A stretch of 64,000 nucleotides of DNA, taken from contig NEEC01000011.1 in the NCBI GenBank assembly GCA_002189035.1, positions 1,240,001-1,304,000 on the forward strand, in the 5' to 3' direction. The translations under genes were made by a program, and so were the position numbers. Below the pieces are notes generated by a model, which made no database searches, had not been told where the DNA came from, and was given only the letters and a program-made list of their open reading frames with translations. This DNA is from Utricularia gibba. Its lineage: Eukaryota > Plantae > Magnoliophyta. The stretch's first letter is position 1, and every line of letters begins with the position of its first letter. Below are positions 21,079-34,981 of this stretch, one piece after another.

Positions 21079-22206
21079 TTAAGGTATGGAATACTTTACA
21101 TTACATTCGTTCTCATCAAATGTAAAAATCTTTTACTCACAAGAGATTAATTCTACCTAAATCCTCTTTCTACCTAGCATTAGTCTACCTCTAGTTAAGT
21201 TTTATTTGGATAAACATATTATTCTTCTTTCCTCCTAGATGTTTGATAGTAAATGAGTTAAAAATTTTGATTATTAATTAAGAGGCAAAGAGCAATCCAT
21301 CCATTTTTATCTTAAGACATCATTCATTAATTTAGCCACTTATATACAATGAAAACATGGTAAAAATTTAAAAGAGCATAACATAGTATCAAGCGATAAA
21401 AGAAAAAAAATTAACAATAAACTAAATAGAACAAGTTCAAATGAATAGAGATAGACCTAGGTTGGACTCATACGGGTTTGGGCCCAACTCGATGAAATTC
21501 TGGGTATTGTAGGTTACATGACCCATGAGTTTATTTTTCCTATTCAACCTGAACGGGTTGGACCCGACGGGTTTTGATTGGCACAAACTGAAACCAGGGT
21601 TAATAATTTTTTGATTTTTAATTATTTTTTTAAAATTAGTTCAAAAAAAATTATACAAATTGATACTCTTAATAACTTTAAACATTAAGAAAAACCAAAA
21701 GTGGACAAAATTCAACTGTCGTTGATTCGGTCTCTGATCCACCTCATAAATATGTCGATTGATTTGCTTAGAGGAATAGGAGTAGGATGGGTTTGAATGC
21801 AGTGAGTGCAGAAAAGAATGTTCACCGGGGTAGAAACCCATAATGAGCAGCAAAAAAGAGAGTTAGTCACTTTGTCACGATGCTAGGAAGCCTACACCAA
21901 AAACAAAAACAAAAACCAGAATAAAAAAGAAAAAGAAACACCCTAGATCGTATGCTAAGGTACCTAAGCAGTCACTTAGGTAGCACCAATCAATTTAAAT
22001 ATGACAATTAGGAGGTGAGCTTGGAAGTACCAATCAATTTAAATATGAAGTAAATCAATCTAACAATCAAAACATAAATATCAAAATCATATATATCATT
22101 ACATATTTCAATCTAATCAACCAACATAATTTTAATACTGAAATATTACTTCATACTGTAACTAGTGGTTTATCCTCATTCTATACATCTTGTTTTTATT
22201 ATAATT

Positions 22207-22500
22207 TCAAGTTTGATCATCATCATCACCATCTTCATCTTCATTCCATGCATCTTGTTTTTGCACCTTTGCTTGCATCCAATCCTTCAAGCATATGCAT
22301 GCCTCTATTGTATTTGAAACCAAGCATGATCGCTTTGCACTCAACATTCTACCACCTGCACTAAAAGCAATCTCTGATGCTACTATCGAAGCTGGAGTTG
22401 TGAGAATGTCTTTGGTTATGAGAGCCAAGATAGGATAATTAGCACAATTGACCTTCCACCATGCTAATAAATCAAAAGAATCATCATCACATTCATACAA
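22207..22500 (-). pseudogene. hAT transposase C-terminal dimerisation-domain fragment
   Basis: FDLLAWWKVNCANYPILALITKDILTTPASIVASEIAFSAGGRMLSAKRSCL...EACICLKDW matches the hATC motif. Confidence 0.85.
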
Positions 22501-22922
22501 ACATTGTGTAGTGTCATATAAATTAATTTCACCAAAAGAAGATGAATGCTTAGCACGAAGTAAAGCCCAAACATCATCATCACAAGTAGATGCAGAATTT
22601 TTAATTTCAGATCCAAGAGAACTACATAAACCTAAACCCCCATGATTTTTTCATACAACTCATACAAGTGTTTCAAAGATTCTGTAGCATGATGATACAT
22701 ATGCTCTATATTAATATAAGTACATGAAATATCTAAAATGTTATAATATACACCAAGAGTTGGGTTATAAAAAAGCACGAATAAAATAAGTAAATGCATC
22801 ATTTTCAACAATAAAAAAAAGTAATTCTTGAGAAATTATCCAATGAACCATACCAAAATGCATTTTTTTAGTATGTAAAATAAATCTTCCACCAAGAGTT
22901 TCTTCTTCAATATTTAAACATG

Positions 22923-24318
22923 TGATGACACACATTTTTCCTGAATTTTATAATACAAAATAGTTATATTTTATTGTGGTTTAGGTTAAATAAATGTAGT
23001 TTTAAATGTTTATGTGTGTTTAAGTTAATTTTGTGTGTTTATGTTAAAAAGTGGACTAAATCCTTTGATTTAGTCCACAAACTTTGTTACTAATGTTTTA
23101 GTAAGTTCAACAAGGAGATTAGCAGAAAATCAGGATTACAAACGTGTGGAACAAGTGAAAAATGGTGCAATATCTGGAGAAGGACCTATTCTGCCGCCAC
23201 CTGCAGTCTGCAAGTTTACGCCAGGAACAGTGCTGGCGATCAGGAACAGTGCTAGAGTCAAGAATAGTGCAATGGAGTGAAGGAAATGAGATATTTTATT
23301 TCGAAAAGCAAAGAGAGCTAGAACAACAGCAAACAGTGAGGAGATGAGAGAGAACGCACGAAAGGGGCTTCTTCCCCAACGTGAAAAACACCAACGAGAA
23401 GAGGGGAAGAAGGCCTTCATCGTCAAGAGCGGCATTAGAGCCCAATCCAGCACTACTGTTCCAGCCTGGGAAAAGTAGCAGACAAAAACCAAAATTCTTA
23501 CTGTTTTATTTTCGTTTGTTGATGTTTTCAGTTTTTTCAACCAACTCTTTCATGATGTTCTTGAAATTTTCTTTACTTTATGTTAATGTTATCATGTTTT
23601 ACCTTCAAGGTATGAGTAGTTAAAGCCCTAGGGATGCCGTAATGTAAAGCATGGTGGTGTAGATCTAGAATTGTTGATGAAATTCATCATTGTTTCTTAG
23701 TTTTTGTTTCTATCAATCCATGGGTAGACCTAAGGAGGGGAACAAGTAGCTTCACAATTTAGATGCTTGATTTAGAGGTAGACCAATAAATTAAGATGGG
23801 AGCAGTAAGTGTTAGTCCGGGATAGAACCAGTAAAACTGGGTAAACCTAGTTTTATACACTTTGCATGCGGATAGACCTAATTGCAATGTTGGTGATGAT
23901 ATTAGGGACTAGCTTAGCTGAAAATATGATGAATGACCTAGGTAAACTTAGGTTATTTGAAGTTGTGAGTGTAGGAACATGGTAATTTTAAATTAGATAT
24001 TTTAGCACCACACCATTTACAGACTCTTAAGCATCTTCATATTATTCTGAGTTAGAACCAGTACTTGTTACCTTTCGCATTGAAACCTTATCTTGTTTAC
24101 CGAACTTGTTTACCATTATTGGTTCGAGCTTAGACTAAGACCACTGTCATTCTGAATTATGCATTTACTAAAACACTTAGCAAGTACAAATTCTTCGTGA
24201 TCGATCCTGATATCTACTATACAAGTTTTCCAAATTTGTATTTTGTGTAGATTAGGGACTATAAATTTATTTGATACGGATTTTTATTTTTGCAACATTA
24301 GGAAATTTCCGTTTATCA
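22923..24318 (+). mobile_element. Solo LTR of an Athila-type Ty3/gypsy family (copy 1), 1396 bp
   Basis: Ends tgatgacac...gtttatca with a perfect 5-bp TSD acatg (22918-22, 24319-23). Clearly similar to 38698-40080 and 47089-48380. Confidence 0.9.
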
Positions 24319-27300
24319 ACATGTTTGTTTACAACTAGAATCATACTTATCAACATGTTTTTCTCTGATATGCTTCAAAAGAATACTAGTACCTTTAGTT
24401 TTTTTCTATTTATAAACTTTCCTACAATGTTTACAAATAGCCTTTTCCTTTTCAATATTATATATATAATGATCTCTCTAGTAAATATCACCAGCAACCC
24501 CTTTCCCCCTACACCGTTTTCTAGAAACATGTGACTCGCAGGCCATAGAATCAATATTATCATTTTCTGAAATCTATAGAATCAAAAATATTTTCTAAAT
24601 CTGTAAGAGACCCCACAGATATATTTGAAGTCATTTTTCAAAAGAAAAAACTGTATAAAAGAACTCTAACAATGAAAATTTAGAGATATCATGAAACTAA
24701 AATAATGGATAAAAACCAAATGCAAATCAACAAAATAGAACCCTATTTTGTAGCATAAAACTTTGAGTTGATCGAAATCCCGTGAAGCATTTCCAAAACG
24801 CTAAAAATTGCAAAGGAAAAGAGTGATTAGGGTTTCTGCAACACTATCGTTAACAAATAAATTGGGTGGGCTGAATTTAATAATTATATTAAAAAAGTAA
24901 ATGCTTGCACATGAGAAAAACTTATGATCGAGTACTCCTAAATGCCTATTAATATTTTAATATTTTTATAATATAACCTGTGGGTCTACCCATGGGTCTA
25001 TACATTAACTCGAACCGAATTGGATACTTCGGGTTCGAATTACGGGTTTTATCCGTTATGTAACGCTTATGGGTTTGAATTGAGTTTTTTGCAGTTTGAC
25101 TCGACCAGTTTGTGGTTAACCCGAACCCATGTCCATCTCTACAAATGAAAGTTAAAATGATATGTTTCTATTCTACTCCTTGTTAGGAGTAATGTTCATG
25201 CGATTGGTTGCTTGTTTGAGCAAGTGAAAGAACTTCTCTTTCATGGTGTTCTTCTCTATTGGTCTTCATTTCAAGTTCTTTTTCATAGCATCTTCACATG
25301 TTTTTTTTTATGTATTGTTTTTTAGGACATGGGGTCCCATCACTTTTATCTTGACGATACTAGTTTAGGTAAAAAAGAATCTCGAATGCACAAATCATAC
25401 TGCATTATATATGTTGCTCTCTCATGAAAATAATCATGTTAAGATCATGTTCATAGGTATATGAAAAAAATCATAACAGAATTCATACATCCTTCACATC
25501 ATGAAAAACATCAGTCACATGTACAGAAATTCCTTAAACAATTTGTACTAATAAACAATCAAATTACTCATAACTTAGACTAATATTACTCACTTCCTAA
25601 ATACTAGTGAACTAACTAAATTTGGCTAAGGAAAAACAAGACAAAACAAAAAAAAAGTAAGAACATCAGTTAATTACTAGATGAGGTAGGAGTCTTTCTT
25701 CCTGTGTTTCAGTTCTTTAACTTCCATAGTCAATTCTCCAAGCCTATCACATTATGTCAATTTTGTCCTTGTAGTAGCATTTCCACTGTAGGTAGCATTT
25801 CCTTGCCTGAGGTAATTGGTTTAGAGAAATTTCCATCTTCCTTTTTGGAAATGTATTCTCACAAATTCATGTAAGGAACTTAAAAAAATGCCACTTCCTC
25901 TAGTCTAAATTAATGCAGTAGTTTAAGTAAATGTGCATTTATTGAAGTTGTCTTAGTTTACACATGACAAAACTCAAGCTTAAAAATCCGATCAGCACAT
26001 AGCTTTTGAGTGAGAAAAGTGATAACATCACCAAATCTAAGATAGTTGATGGTGCTTGGTTTGTAATCTGAGTTCTTTTTGACTCATAGTTTATGTCAAC
26101 TCATATCCCAACAGTAATGCATCACTATTCATGTTTATACAAGAAGTAGTTTTCTATTCACTCTTGTCACATAGGTGTCATTGATATGATTAAAATGAAG
26201 ACAGTCTTATTGAAAACAACATTTATATGCTTATGTGCAACTGAAATTAATATTACTTAAATAAACTGAGTATAATACAAATTTTATGTACAAAACTTTC
26301 TGGATTAAACTATGTATATTTACAAACAAACCTTATAATATCAAAAATATTGGTAATTACAATATGCTCGATTGATCAACATGCTTCCGATTGTGCATGT
26401 CATACTTCATGTGTTGAGATACTTATTCCTAATTTTTCTTTGATGTGACCCTTCAACTCTATAATCTTCTTATTCCCTAACTTAATTAGTTGATTCTTAT
26501 ATTTTTTTTTATCAAGAATAAGGTTTTAACAAGTTTGTTTTCTATATTTCAAGAGTATCCTAGTAAATATGACATGACATTCTTTACAATCCATGTATTA
26601 TCATTGCTTTTTTTGACAAGTTTTCGAACCATTGCTAAATGGTGTATTGTCGCATCCAGTGCATTATTTCCATAAGCGATCTCTCATTTTTAATAAATTT
26701 GAAACAAGGTCACGGTTTCTATCACAGTCATCAACAACATTTGGATCTTTTGCATAGGGGAAAACTTGGGGAAGGGAGCATGAGTAGTGGCTAAAAAAGG
26801 AAAAGTAAGAGAAAAAGAAATGATAGAACCATTGCCAAGTTGTCTAGTGTTTTAAACTTTTGTAGCTATATATTTTCTAAATAGATATCCTAACAATGAC
26901 TTATAGTAAGAAGGTTGAGGTTTCCAATACTATATATACCACTTTTGAAGTTCTGAAATAGGCCTAAGAGAGCCAAGAAAAAATAAGTGCACAAGAAGTT
27001 ACATAATGCAATAGAGAGCACTCTAGTATAGAGTATCTCAACACTGTTCACAAGAGTAGTTTTTGGAATAGGAAATCTATTTTTCTTATATATGCTATTC
27101 TTATGTTGAATATTTTTTTATTTCACTTTCCAGTATTTTAAAATATTGGTTTTGTGAATCTATTTTTTTTTTATAACTTTTAAGATCCATTGAGAACTCA
27201 AACATGAGAGCATTTCATGAACTTTTCATTCGTATATGTTTCATACTGGCTTTTAAACCTTTGCAAACTATTTTGAGTTCCACATTTATACACAAAGAGT

Positions 27301-27616
27301 TGTTATAACATGCATCCTTTTACTTATGAGAACCCCTTGTTAGCATTCAAATATCCCCAAATTTGATTGTCTATGTGGTATAGTTAGAAAATGTGTGGGG
27401 GTATGGCATCTTATCTATCTTCCACATCATACTTATTTTAATTAAAATTTAATGTTACGCATTATCTTTCCATCCACTATTACATTCGTATCCAGACATT
27501 TGATTATTTAATACTTAATATTTATATATTTTTATATTATTTAAATTCATTATTTATTATTTAAAAATACAACAATCATACAACATAAGAAGAAACTTAA
27601 TATGAGACACTTTAAA

Positions 27617-28906
27617 TTAACCAAACTTAGCCCAAATGTGATCGATCAAGTCCGCCTTGAGTTGTCTATGCAGCGTTTTTTCTCTGAATTTTATAACTCT
27701 ACCAAGCATGAACATTTTGTCTTAGAAGATCGGGCAGTTGTTCAACATTAACTTGATCATAATCTTCTGGATTTGGCTGCTTCGCATCACCTTCATCTTC
27801 CACTAACATATTGTATAAAATTATTGCTGCATACATAATATCGATGAGTGTTTGATGATCGCATACCCAAGCTGGTGAGTAAATGATCCTAAATCTTGCT
27901 TGAAGCACTCCAAATGCTCTCTTTACATACTTCCTTGCACTTTCTTGAGTAGTAGCAAATAATCTTGTTTTCGGATTTTATGGAAGAGTGATAGTTTTCA
28001 TGAAAAGAAGCCATTCGGGATAAATACCATCAGCTAAATAATATCCCATGTCGTATTTCTTCCCATTCACAAAGTATTTGATTGGAGGGCAACACTTCAA
28101 TGCAAATCATCGAATAAAGGTGAATCGGACTATACATTAAGATCATTATTAGAACCAAGAGTTCCAAAGAAAGAGTGTCATATCCAAGTATCCTTTGAGA
28201 CTACTGCCTCTAGGATAATTGTAGATAAACCGTGCCCATGACTATTGACATTTTCTAACCACTAGACAATTCTTCTACTTCCAATGCATACAATCTATAC
28301 TTTCGAGTATGCCTGGGTATCCTCTTTCCTCTCTCCATAAATGCAATTTTTGAATATCACTCGAATTGGGACGCCTCATATATTCTGTCTCGAATGCAAT
28401 AAGAATTGCATATACGAAAGATCTTAAGCATTTGAGGGCAGTAGACTCACCAATTCGACGATATTCATCACAGCGTCAATACCATATCCATAAGCCATCA
28501 TTCGCATAGTAACAATACACTTTTGCATTGTAATCAACGAGACACAGCCTGTTGCATCAATTCTTTCTTATAACTATGGTTCTACTTCCCGAACACTGCA
28601 CATAATACACTCAAAAAAACTACAATGCATTCTGAAACGATGGCGAAACATTTGATCATTGTATGTAGGATTAATAGAGAAATAATCTGCTACTAGACGA
28701 TTGTTGCCAATCTCATGATCACGATCAATATATGCAAGCTTTCCTTTTTGCCTTTGGGATGGATTTGGTTCATCTTCCAATAAATCAACAATAGCTTCAA
28801 CAGCATCAATGATTACATCGCTATGGCTAGGCATTAAGAATGGAATATCATTCGAATTGAAATGAACATTTTGATATGTAACATTGTTGGACTTTTGAGG
28901 ATCCAT
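27617..28906 (-). pseudogene. PIF/Harbinger DDE transposase, decayed by stops and frameshifts
   Basis: YIDRDHEIGNNRLVADYF...FRHRFRM, RGYPGILESIDCMHWK*KNC, YLADGIYPEW, LQARFRII, IMYAAIILYNMLVEDE, LKADLIDHIWAKFG*. Confidence 0.85.
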
Positions 28907-29432
28907 TGTGAAAGAAGTTATGAGCTATGGTCTATGTATAAAGGAAATTTGGATTGAAAACATTGTGGTGGGTGTGGTAGGTAGAGGACATTCGGTTGGT
29001 GCACTAGTTTGGTAGGTGTGATAGGTGTTGTAGGTAGATGACTTTCGATTGGTGTGCTACTATAGTAGGTGTGGTAAGCATGATAGGTATAAGTATTTTA
29101 GCTAATGTGCTATTTTGATAGGTTTGGTAAGCTTAGTAGGTAGAAGTCTTTTGGGTTATCAACCCACGCCCATATGAGGTGAGATTACAAACTAGAGAAA
29201 CCTTATTTGTATCATACCTAAAAAACGTGTAAATTAAAAATTTCAAGAAGATCATAAAATATGTAGCATGTGATTAAATGTAAAATGATTAAAAATAGTA
29301 GTTCACAATCTAAATCCTACTACAATATTATTAAAACCATAAAAGTCATAAACACCTAAAATTAGAAATATGAGAAAATCACAAAAGATCTAAGTTATCA
29401 CTAAAATCAACAAGTGGCTCATGAGAGTTGTC

Positions 29433-30395
29433 CTAAGATGTTGATCTAGGCTGATTTGCATATCTAGCATCAGTGTTTGATAAAGGCTTATCAGGAATAA
29501 AACCTGAAACAGTCATACCAGATAATGCATGACTACATGCCTCACTGTACAACTTCTTCTGAAAATCATTCATTTTCGATATATCCATATCAATCAATAG
29601 CCTCAACTCATGTGCGGAGTTGCCTAAAACCTGTGGATTGTTAACAGATATATATTGCTGAAACATGCCATTGTATCTTGCCATCTCCAATCTATATTCA
29701 TCTAACTTGTCAGTTAAAAGTTTCACTACAGCTCTTTTCTCTTCAAAAATGCCTCTCGAAGGACTACCTTGAAGTAGACATTTTTTAGCACTCTTTTGAC
29801 CAATGGGACGTTCTAGAGTTGGAGCCTCTAAATCCTCTCTTTCTTCCATCTTTGGAGCCATGGCTGACTGTACTGATGAGGAATCTGATGTTGTGTTCAC
29901 TTTTTTTTTCGTCTTTCTTGTATTGTCTATATCCTGTATGTGGTGTTAAACAATAGGTTACTATAATTAATGGTTAGACATAATATAAGAAAAAAACATT
30001 GCCATTCTCCACTTTGGTTGATCACGCAATATCTTCCAAGCCTCCAAATGCACGAAAGGTTTACGAAGTACCTCCTTGTACTGCTTCAAATCCATGTCAA
30101 TTAAATAATTGTTATTATGACCGCTAGGATGTTTGTGTTCAATACTATCATATATGCCGGAAAACTGCTACACATCTGCATTTAACTTTCTCCATTTCTT
30201 TCTTAATGTTTTAGAATCACGAAACTTTGCATTGCTGGTGTTGGTCTTTATTGAATCACAATAGAAGGAAGCTATAGCTTTCCAAAAAGATGCTACTTTC
30301 TTAGAGTTGCCACAAATTGAATTAACAAAAGTATTTAACCAAGCTGAAACTAGAATAATAATTTCTTCATCAGTACATCTTACCATTGAACTCAT
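29433..30395 (-). pseudogene. PIF/Harbinger ORF1 (Myb/SANT-like plus NAM-associated region), decayed; partner of the transposase at 27617-28906
   Basis: CTDEEIIILVSAWLN...SICGNSKKVASFWKAI...KKWRKLNADV, F.HLEAWKILRDQPKW, ERPIGQKSAKK. Same strand as, and upstream of, the transposase. TIRs were not located. Confidence 0.8.
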
Positions 30396-31070
30396 TGTGC
30401 TACATGATATATATATATATATATATAAACAATGATATTTTATCCAAATGCCATCCTATTAAAATTGCTCATTAAACTGCAAATATTCCAAACTAACACA
30501 TAAATAAATCAACTTAGTTCCATGTAAACAAATTCAGATCAATAAATCAACATTAGAAAAATTGGAGGAGCTTTGGTTTGAAAATAATGATAATGGAAAA
30601 AAATTAAAGAAAATACATGGTATGATTCCAAAAAATAATTCTACATCATGTTTAGTTGTTCAAATAATTCTATTAATATGAAAAAAATATAAATGACTTC
30701 CAAATAGCGGTAAAATCACTTCATAAACACAGGTTATACAAATATAAATAATTCTATTAGATTTAAGGTTTTAATAAAACAAATTCATAACTTATGATCC
30801 CAAAATAAACATTAATCAAGAAATTAACTATACCTACCTCTTCAAATTACTTATGGGAAAGGTTTTGTGAAATTCAAAAACCTGCTTGCTATCTTCAAAG
30901 GAATTTGATGAAGCTGCCGAAAGAAGATGGAGGAAGGAAATTAGGTTTAGACACAGAAGGGTTTTTGTCCGTGGAAATAAAAGGGGCGAGGACTTATTTT
31001 TTCCGGACTTTTATTATCATCACATTGTTGAGTGGACCAATAAAAATGATGGACAAAGCTGAGCTAAGCG

Positions 31071-32246
31071 TGATAAAAGAAAAATATTGCATCGTCGTTA
31101 AAATGCAAATTTTTCCTATCAAATAAATTTGTAACCTAGTACACATTCAAATATAGCACAATTATGAGCATAGTGTTTAGGGTCGAAAATAAAGAGTAGG
31201 TACTTGTCATTTGATTATCAATGCATACGATCAATGTCATATTGATAGATTTGATCTTAACTAGAACTAAGGTAGAATTACGATGGAATACAGTAAAGAA
31301 AATTAATAAACGTTTGAACTCAGTTGTTCCTAAGATAAAGTGGGTGATGCCTTAAAACTCTTAGGCGATGTATGCTTATCACAAAAATATGATCACACAA
31401 ACCATAAATCAAACATCTAACAAATAAAGTTTAGATCTACTCGAACTTTTATTTTCCCCCTAATCTTTGATCTACCTTTAATTAGGATTTTTAAGATGAG
31501 TTTCACAACTTCCTCTCCTAGATCTATCCTGATTTGTTAAGGAAATGACATGACTTATGGTTGATAAGGCCTAAAAATTGATTAGCACATTTCTCCCCTT
31601 TTCACCACAAGGCACCTCTAAGTGCTTAACCACTCATGATAAGGGAAACGAAAGCATTTTCAAAACACATCCTAAGCAACATTTTAGTCTCAATGTTAAA
31701 CAACAACAAATGGTGCATAATAGAAATAGAACAAGTAAATTGTTCACACAGTAAAACTAAAACTGCTCTAAGCTAGAAATAGTGCTCTTTAAGAGCAGAA
31801 GAGATCTTCAAAGGAAGGGTTGTCTTTCTTCATTGTCTTCCTCCCCCCTTTTTTGGTGTTCGTGCGATAGAGAAATATTTATCCAGAAGTCTCTACTCTG
31901 TTGTTCAAGGCCTCCCTTCTCTCTCTTCCATCATTTTCAAAAATCCTCTTTTTCCTTCCTTGGAATTTGTTTGTACTTTATCCAGCTTTTTGCCCATACT
32001 TTCTATGACTGCAATGTTCTTCTTCGGCTCCTCGGGATTTGGGGTGGTTGACAATCACTGCATTGCTCAAAATAACAATTAGAAACAAGGTTGAGACTAA
32101 ATCATAGATATAGTCCCAAGTAGGAATAAAACATGCAATTATAGTGTTAGTCGGAAAAATATAGAATTTAATGTTAGAACTTGAGTTTTGTGGCAAAATA
32201 TCAGACATTTTCCTATTTCTAAAACACTCAAAAATATGTGTCGCCA
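31071..32246 (-). mobile_element. Old, diverged Athila-family solo LTR in reverse orientation
   Basis: Starts tgataaaag...tatcaaataaattt and ends aaaaatatgtgtcgcca (reverse complement resembles the copy-1 start tgatgacacacattttt). Shares the block taaatcaaacatctaa with the other LTRs. The TSD is degenerate (aagcg/catcg). Confidence 0.55.
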
Positions 32247-34111
32247 CATCGGTTTGGGGCACTTTATATGTCATGAAAAGGCCAACCAATAGGATCATTG
32301 CTAGCAAGACTCATATTACCATTTTAAGACTGAAGTTTATGAAATTGTAGCCAATAGGTGGCACTCTTAGTTTAGTTTCATGAACAAAAGCATCATGACT
32401 TATTTATTGCAATATGATGGTCAAGTCAACGACTAAGAATTGTAAGAAATGAAGGAAGGTAATCTAAGGGACTCCTACTGTGCTTATTTTTTTTTTCTTT
32501 AAAATGTATTTTATCATATTGTTATACTTACTAGTAACTTGCTTTTAGTCCAAGACAGTGACCAATCTATTTTTATCCTCTCAAAGAGAGGGGAAGGAGG
32601 ATTAGAGATCCTATGATCAACATAAAGAGAATACCTAGGTGTGTAAATATACTTTGTTGCTGTAATCTAGTTGCTCAGCTGGTGCCAAGGTTGACACTTG
32701 TGTATCAGTTGTTTTGTATTTTATGTTGTGTGTTATGGTATGATTAATAATGAGAAACTTGCGTATAAGTTAATGAAAACCTTAAATTCTAGTGGTAATA
32801 TATTACAATTTTATGGTCTTGTTTCATATCTTCTAGGCCCTAGATAATGAATATAATATGTTTTATAAAACCCAATTTCTCATTATAAAATTCAATTGAT
32901 ATAGAATCTATATATTCCAGAAATCTAGGAAACACATTTCATTTCCCTATCGCCTATGTCATCTTTATCACAAATTTCACAAGTATATATTAGAAAATTT
33001 TCTAAGATGCATAAATCATTATCATCTACATAATCCAACTGCAAAAATCAATATTCAAATTTATATAATTTACGAATTATATTTGTGGAGTATCATACTA
33101 TTGAGTGTCGTTTGGCTTCACAAATTTTATAGAAAAATAATATGTAAGTATGAATGCGAGTATCAATCATATGAAGTTAATATTCAAAAAAAAGGTGTAG
33201 TTGAAAATTGAATATGAACTATAATGATTTTTATAAATAGGGTTATACGATATAAATGACATAAATGAACTTTTAATGGTGGAAGTTGAGTTAAAGAACT
33301 GATTTTGAATCTACAATCCATTTCTATGACCTCTATTGTAAAATGCATCTCTTAGTTCTTTAGGGTATAAAGTCACAAGAGTAATGAATTATATACACTA
33401 CCTTATATACATATAAGAAGAAGACTTTGCAAAAAGACTGCAACATGTATATATATGCAAATATGCAAAACTTGAAAGTATCTAAGAGAAAAGTGACGAT
33501 TTATCACGAAACATCTCCAGCCTAAAAACAAAAAGTTTAGCCGCAAAAAATCATTACAATAAATGGAAATAAGAGTTAAGTAGTCTCCTTTCTCCCAAGA
33601 GATCAATAGAAATAAAATGGGCAGTATTTGAGACAAAGTTGGAAATTCAAAAGCTTCTCCCATGTTCATGTTCGTTTTCCTTTTAAATACTTCAAATTCC
33701 TCTATCATAGTAGAAAATTGCAATAATTGCTTACACGTCTATCACAATTTAGGCCTACATGTCATGATACATTATCAAAGTTCTATCTTCTTGTGAGAAG
33801 TATGAAAAACCTTTATTGTAACTTTATGGCCTCGTGCACTTTTTGATTGATCATACTATACTTCCAAACATTGACCAATGTACATATGTTCAACCATTTT
33901 CTAATGCAAATTAATCTAAACTTCTATGAAGAAAACATATAAAATCCTTATTGAATGACTTTAACCATGTTTTACATAAAACATACAAAGAAAATACTTA
34001 AAAAATTATACTTCACACTTGCCAAAATAATTTTTATTTTCAATTATAGGAAAATGAGGAATAATGTTGTGTGATTTGTATAGGATGGTCGAGTGTGCTG
34101 AGTGTCAAGTG

Positions 34112-34618
34112 TGTTGGAAATATGGTATGGATAAGAGGTGTGGAATTCCACATTATTAGTTAAAAATCATTTCAGTTAGTTTATATGGGATAACACACCT
34201 TTAGTTTTGATGGGTATTAAAATGAGTTGGGCCTCATGTATGCATAAAGTTTAATTTGTTAAATCGGATTGGGTTTTTGAAGGGTACAGGAAATCTAAAA
34301 TGCGACGCACATAGGGAGAGAGATGTAAATCCGATCTCGAAAGCCTCTAGCAATTGCATGTATATATGTGCATGAGGTTTTGATCGTTTTCTCATTTTAG
34401 TGTTCGATTTACAACGGAGTGTAGTTCTAAGATATGGCAAAAGGCATTTCAATCACTATAGTTGTAAGGTGTGCCACAATGTGTGCCGACACAATGCTTA
34501 ACATGGTGCGCTATAGAATTTGGCACACGGTGTGCTATAGGATGTGGCGCAAGCAGTGTATTGCATGGTGTTTATGATTAATCATTGTTAATGTTCACCT
34601 TCTATATTGAGTGTAACA
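34112..34618 (+). mobile_element. Probable Copia-type solo LTR upstream of SmF
   Basis: TG...CA ends (tgttggaaat...gagtgtaaca) and an early gtggaattccacatt block typical of Copia LTRs; no exact TSD. Confidence 0.4.
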
Positions 34619-34808
34619 AGTTTTTGTATAATAAAAAGATATCATTAGGTGTTACTGGATGCAATCAAATAAATGTTTCTATTATACTGGATTCAGCTAG
34701 ACAACAAGATTGTTAGATCAGAAAAATGTGTGAATAAATGTAAAAAAAAAAAATAACTAAATTTTTAAATAGTTAGGGACAGATAATGCAATTATTTTAA
34801 ATGATAAC

Positions 34809-34942
34809 GGGCCTGGGCCTATGTTGGGCGTCTTATCAGACCCAAATTCATAGCCTCACTAATTCTCTGCTCCGGCGCGGGTAAAATGCGGAGCGCCGGC
34901 GCCCGTTTTGTTTGAGCAAGTGTGAACGATTGAAAACCCTAA
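34809..34942 (+). promoter_or_regulatory. SmF core promoter: site II (TGGGCC) motifs and telobox
   Basis: gggcctgggcc at 34809-19 and aaaccctaa at 34934-42, the usual pairing in plant housekeeping and translation/splicing gene promoters. Confidence 0.6.
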
Positions 34943-34981
34943 CGTTGGAGAAAATCGTTCAGTTCAGTTCACATCCACGCA

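Larger units (their letters stand above)
21446..25141 (-). mobile_element. hAT DNA transposon deletion derivative, interrupted by a solo LTR
   Basis: 11-bp TIRs tagagatagac / gtccatctcta, perfect 8-bp TSD caaatgaa (21438-45, 25142-49), subterminal acccg/cgggt repeats, and an internal transposase fragment. Confidence 0.92.

Noticed and set aside
23136-23623. ORFs of 78-134 aa recurring at 23.1-23.6, 39.0-39.2 and 47.3-47.7 kb (hydrophobic FCFLLVLLMF-like stretch)
   Set aside because: They recur only because they lie in homologous LTR copies; frames and stops are not conserved between copies.
25700-26700. Faint MuDR-transposase-like peptides on the minus strand (IKEKLGISIS, NPES, INDTYV)
   Set aside because: Too degenerate to support without a profile search; no TIRs found.
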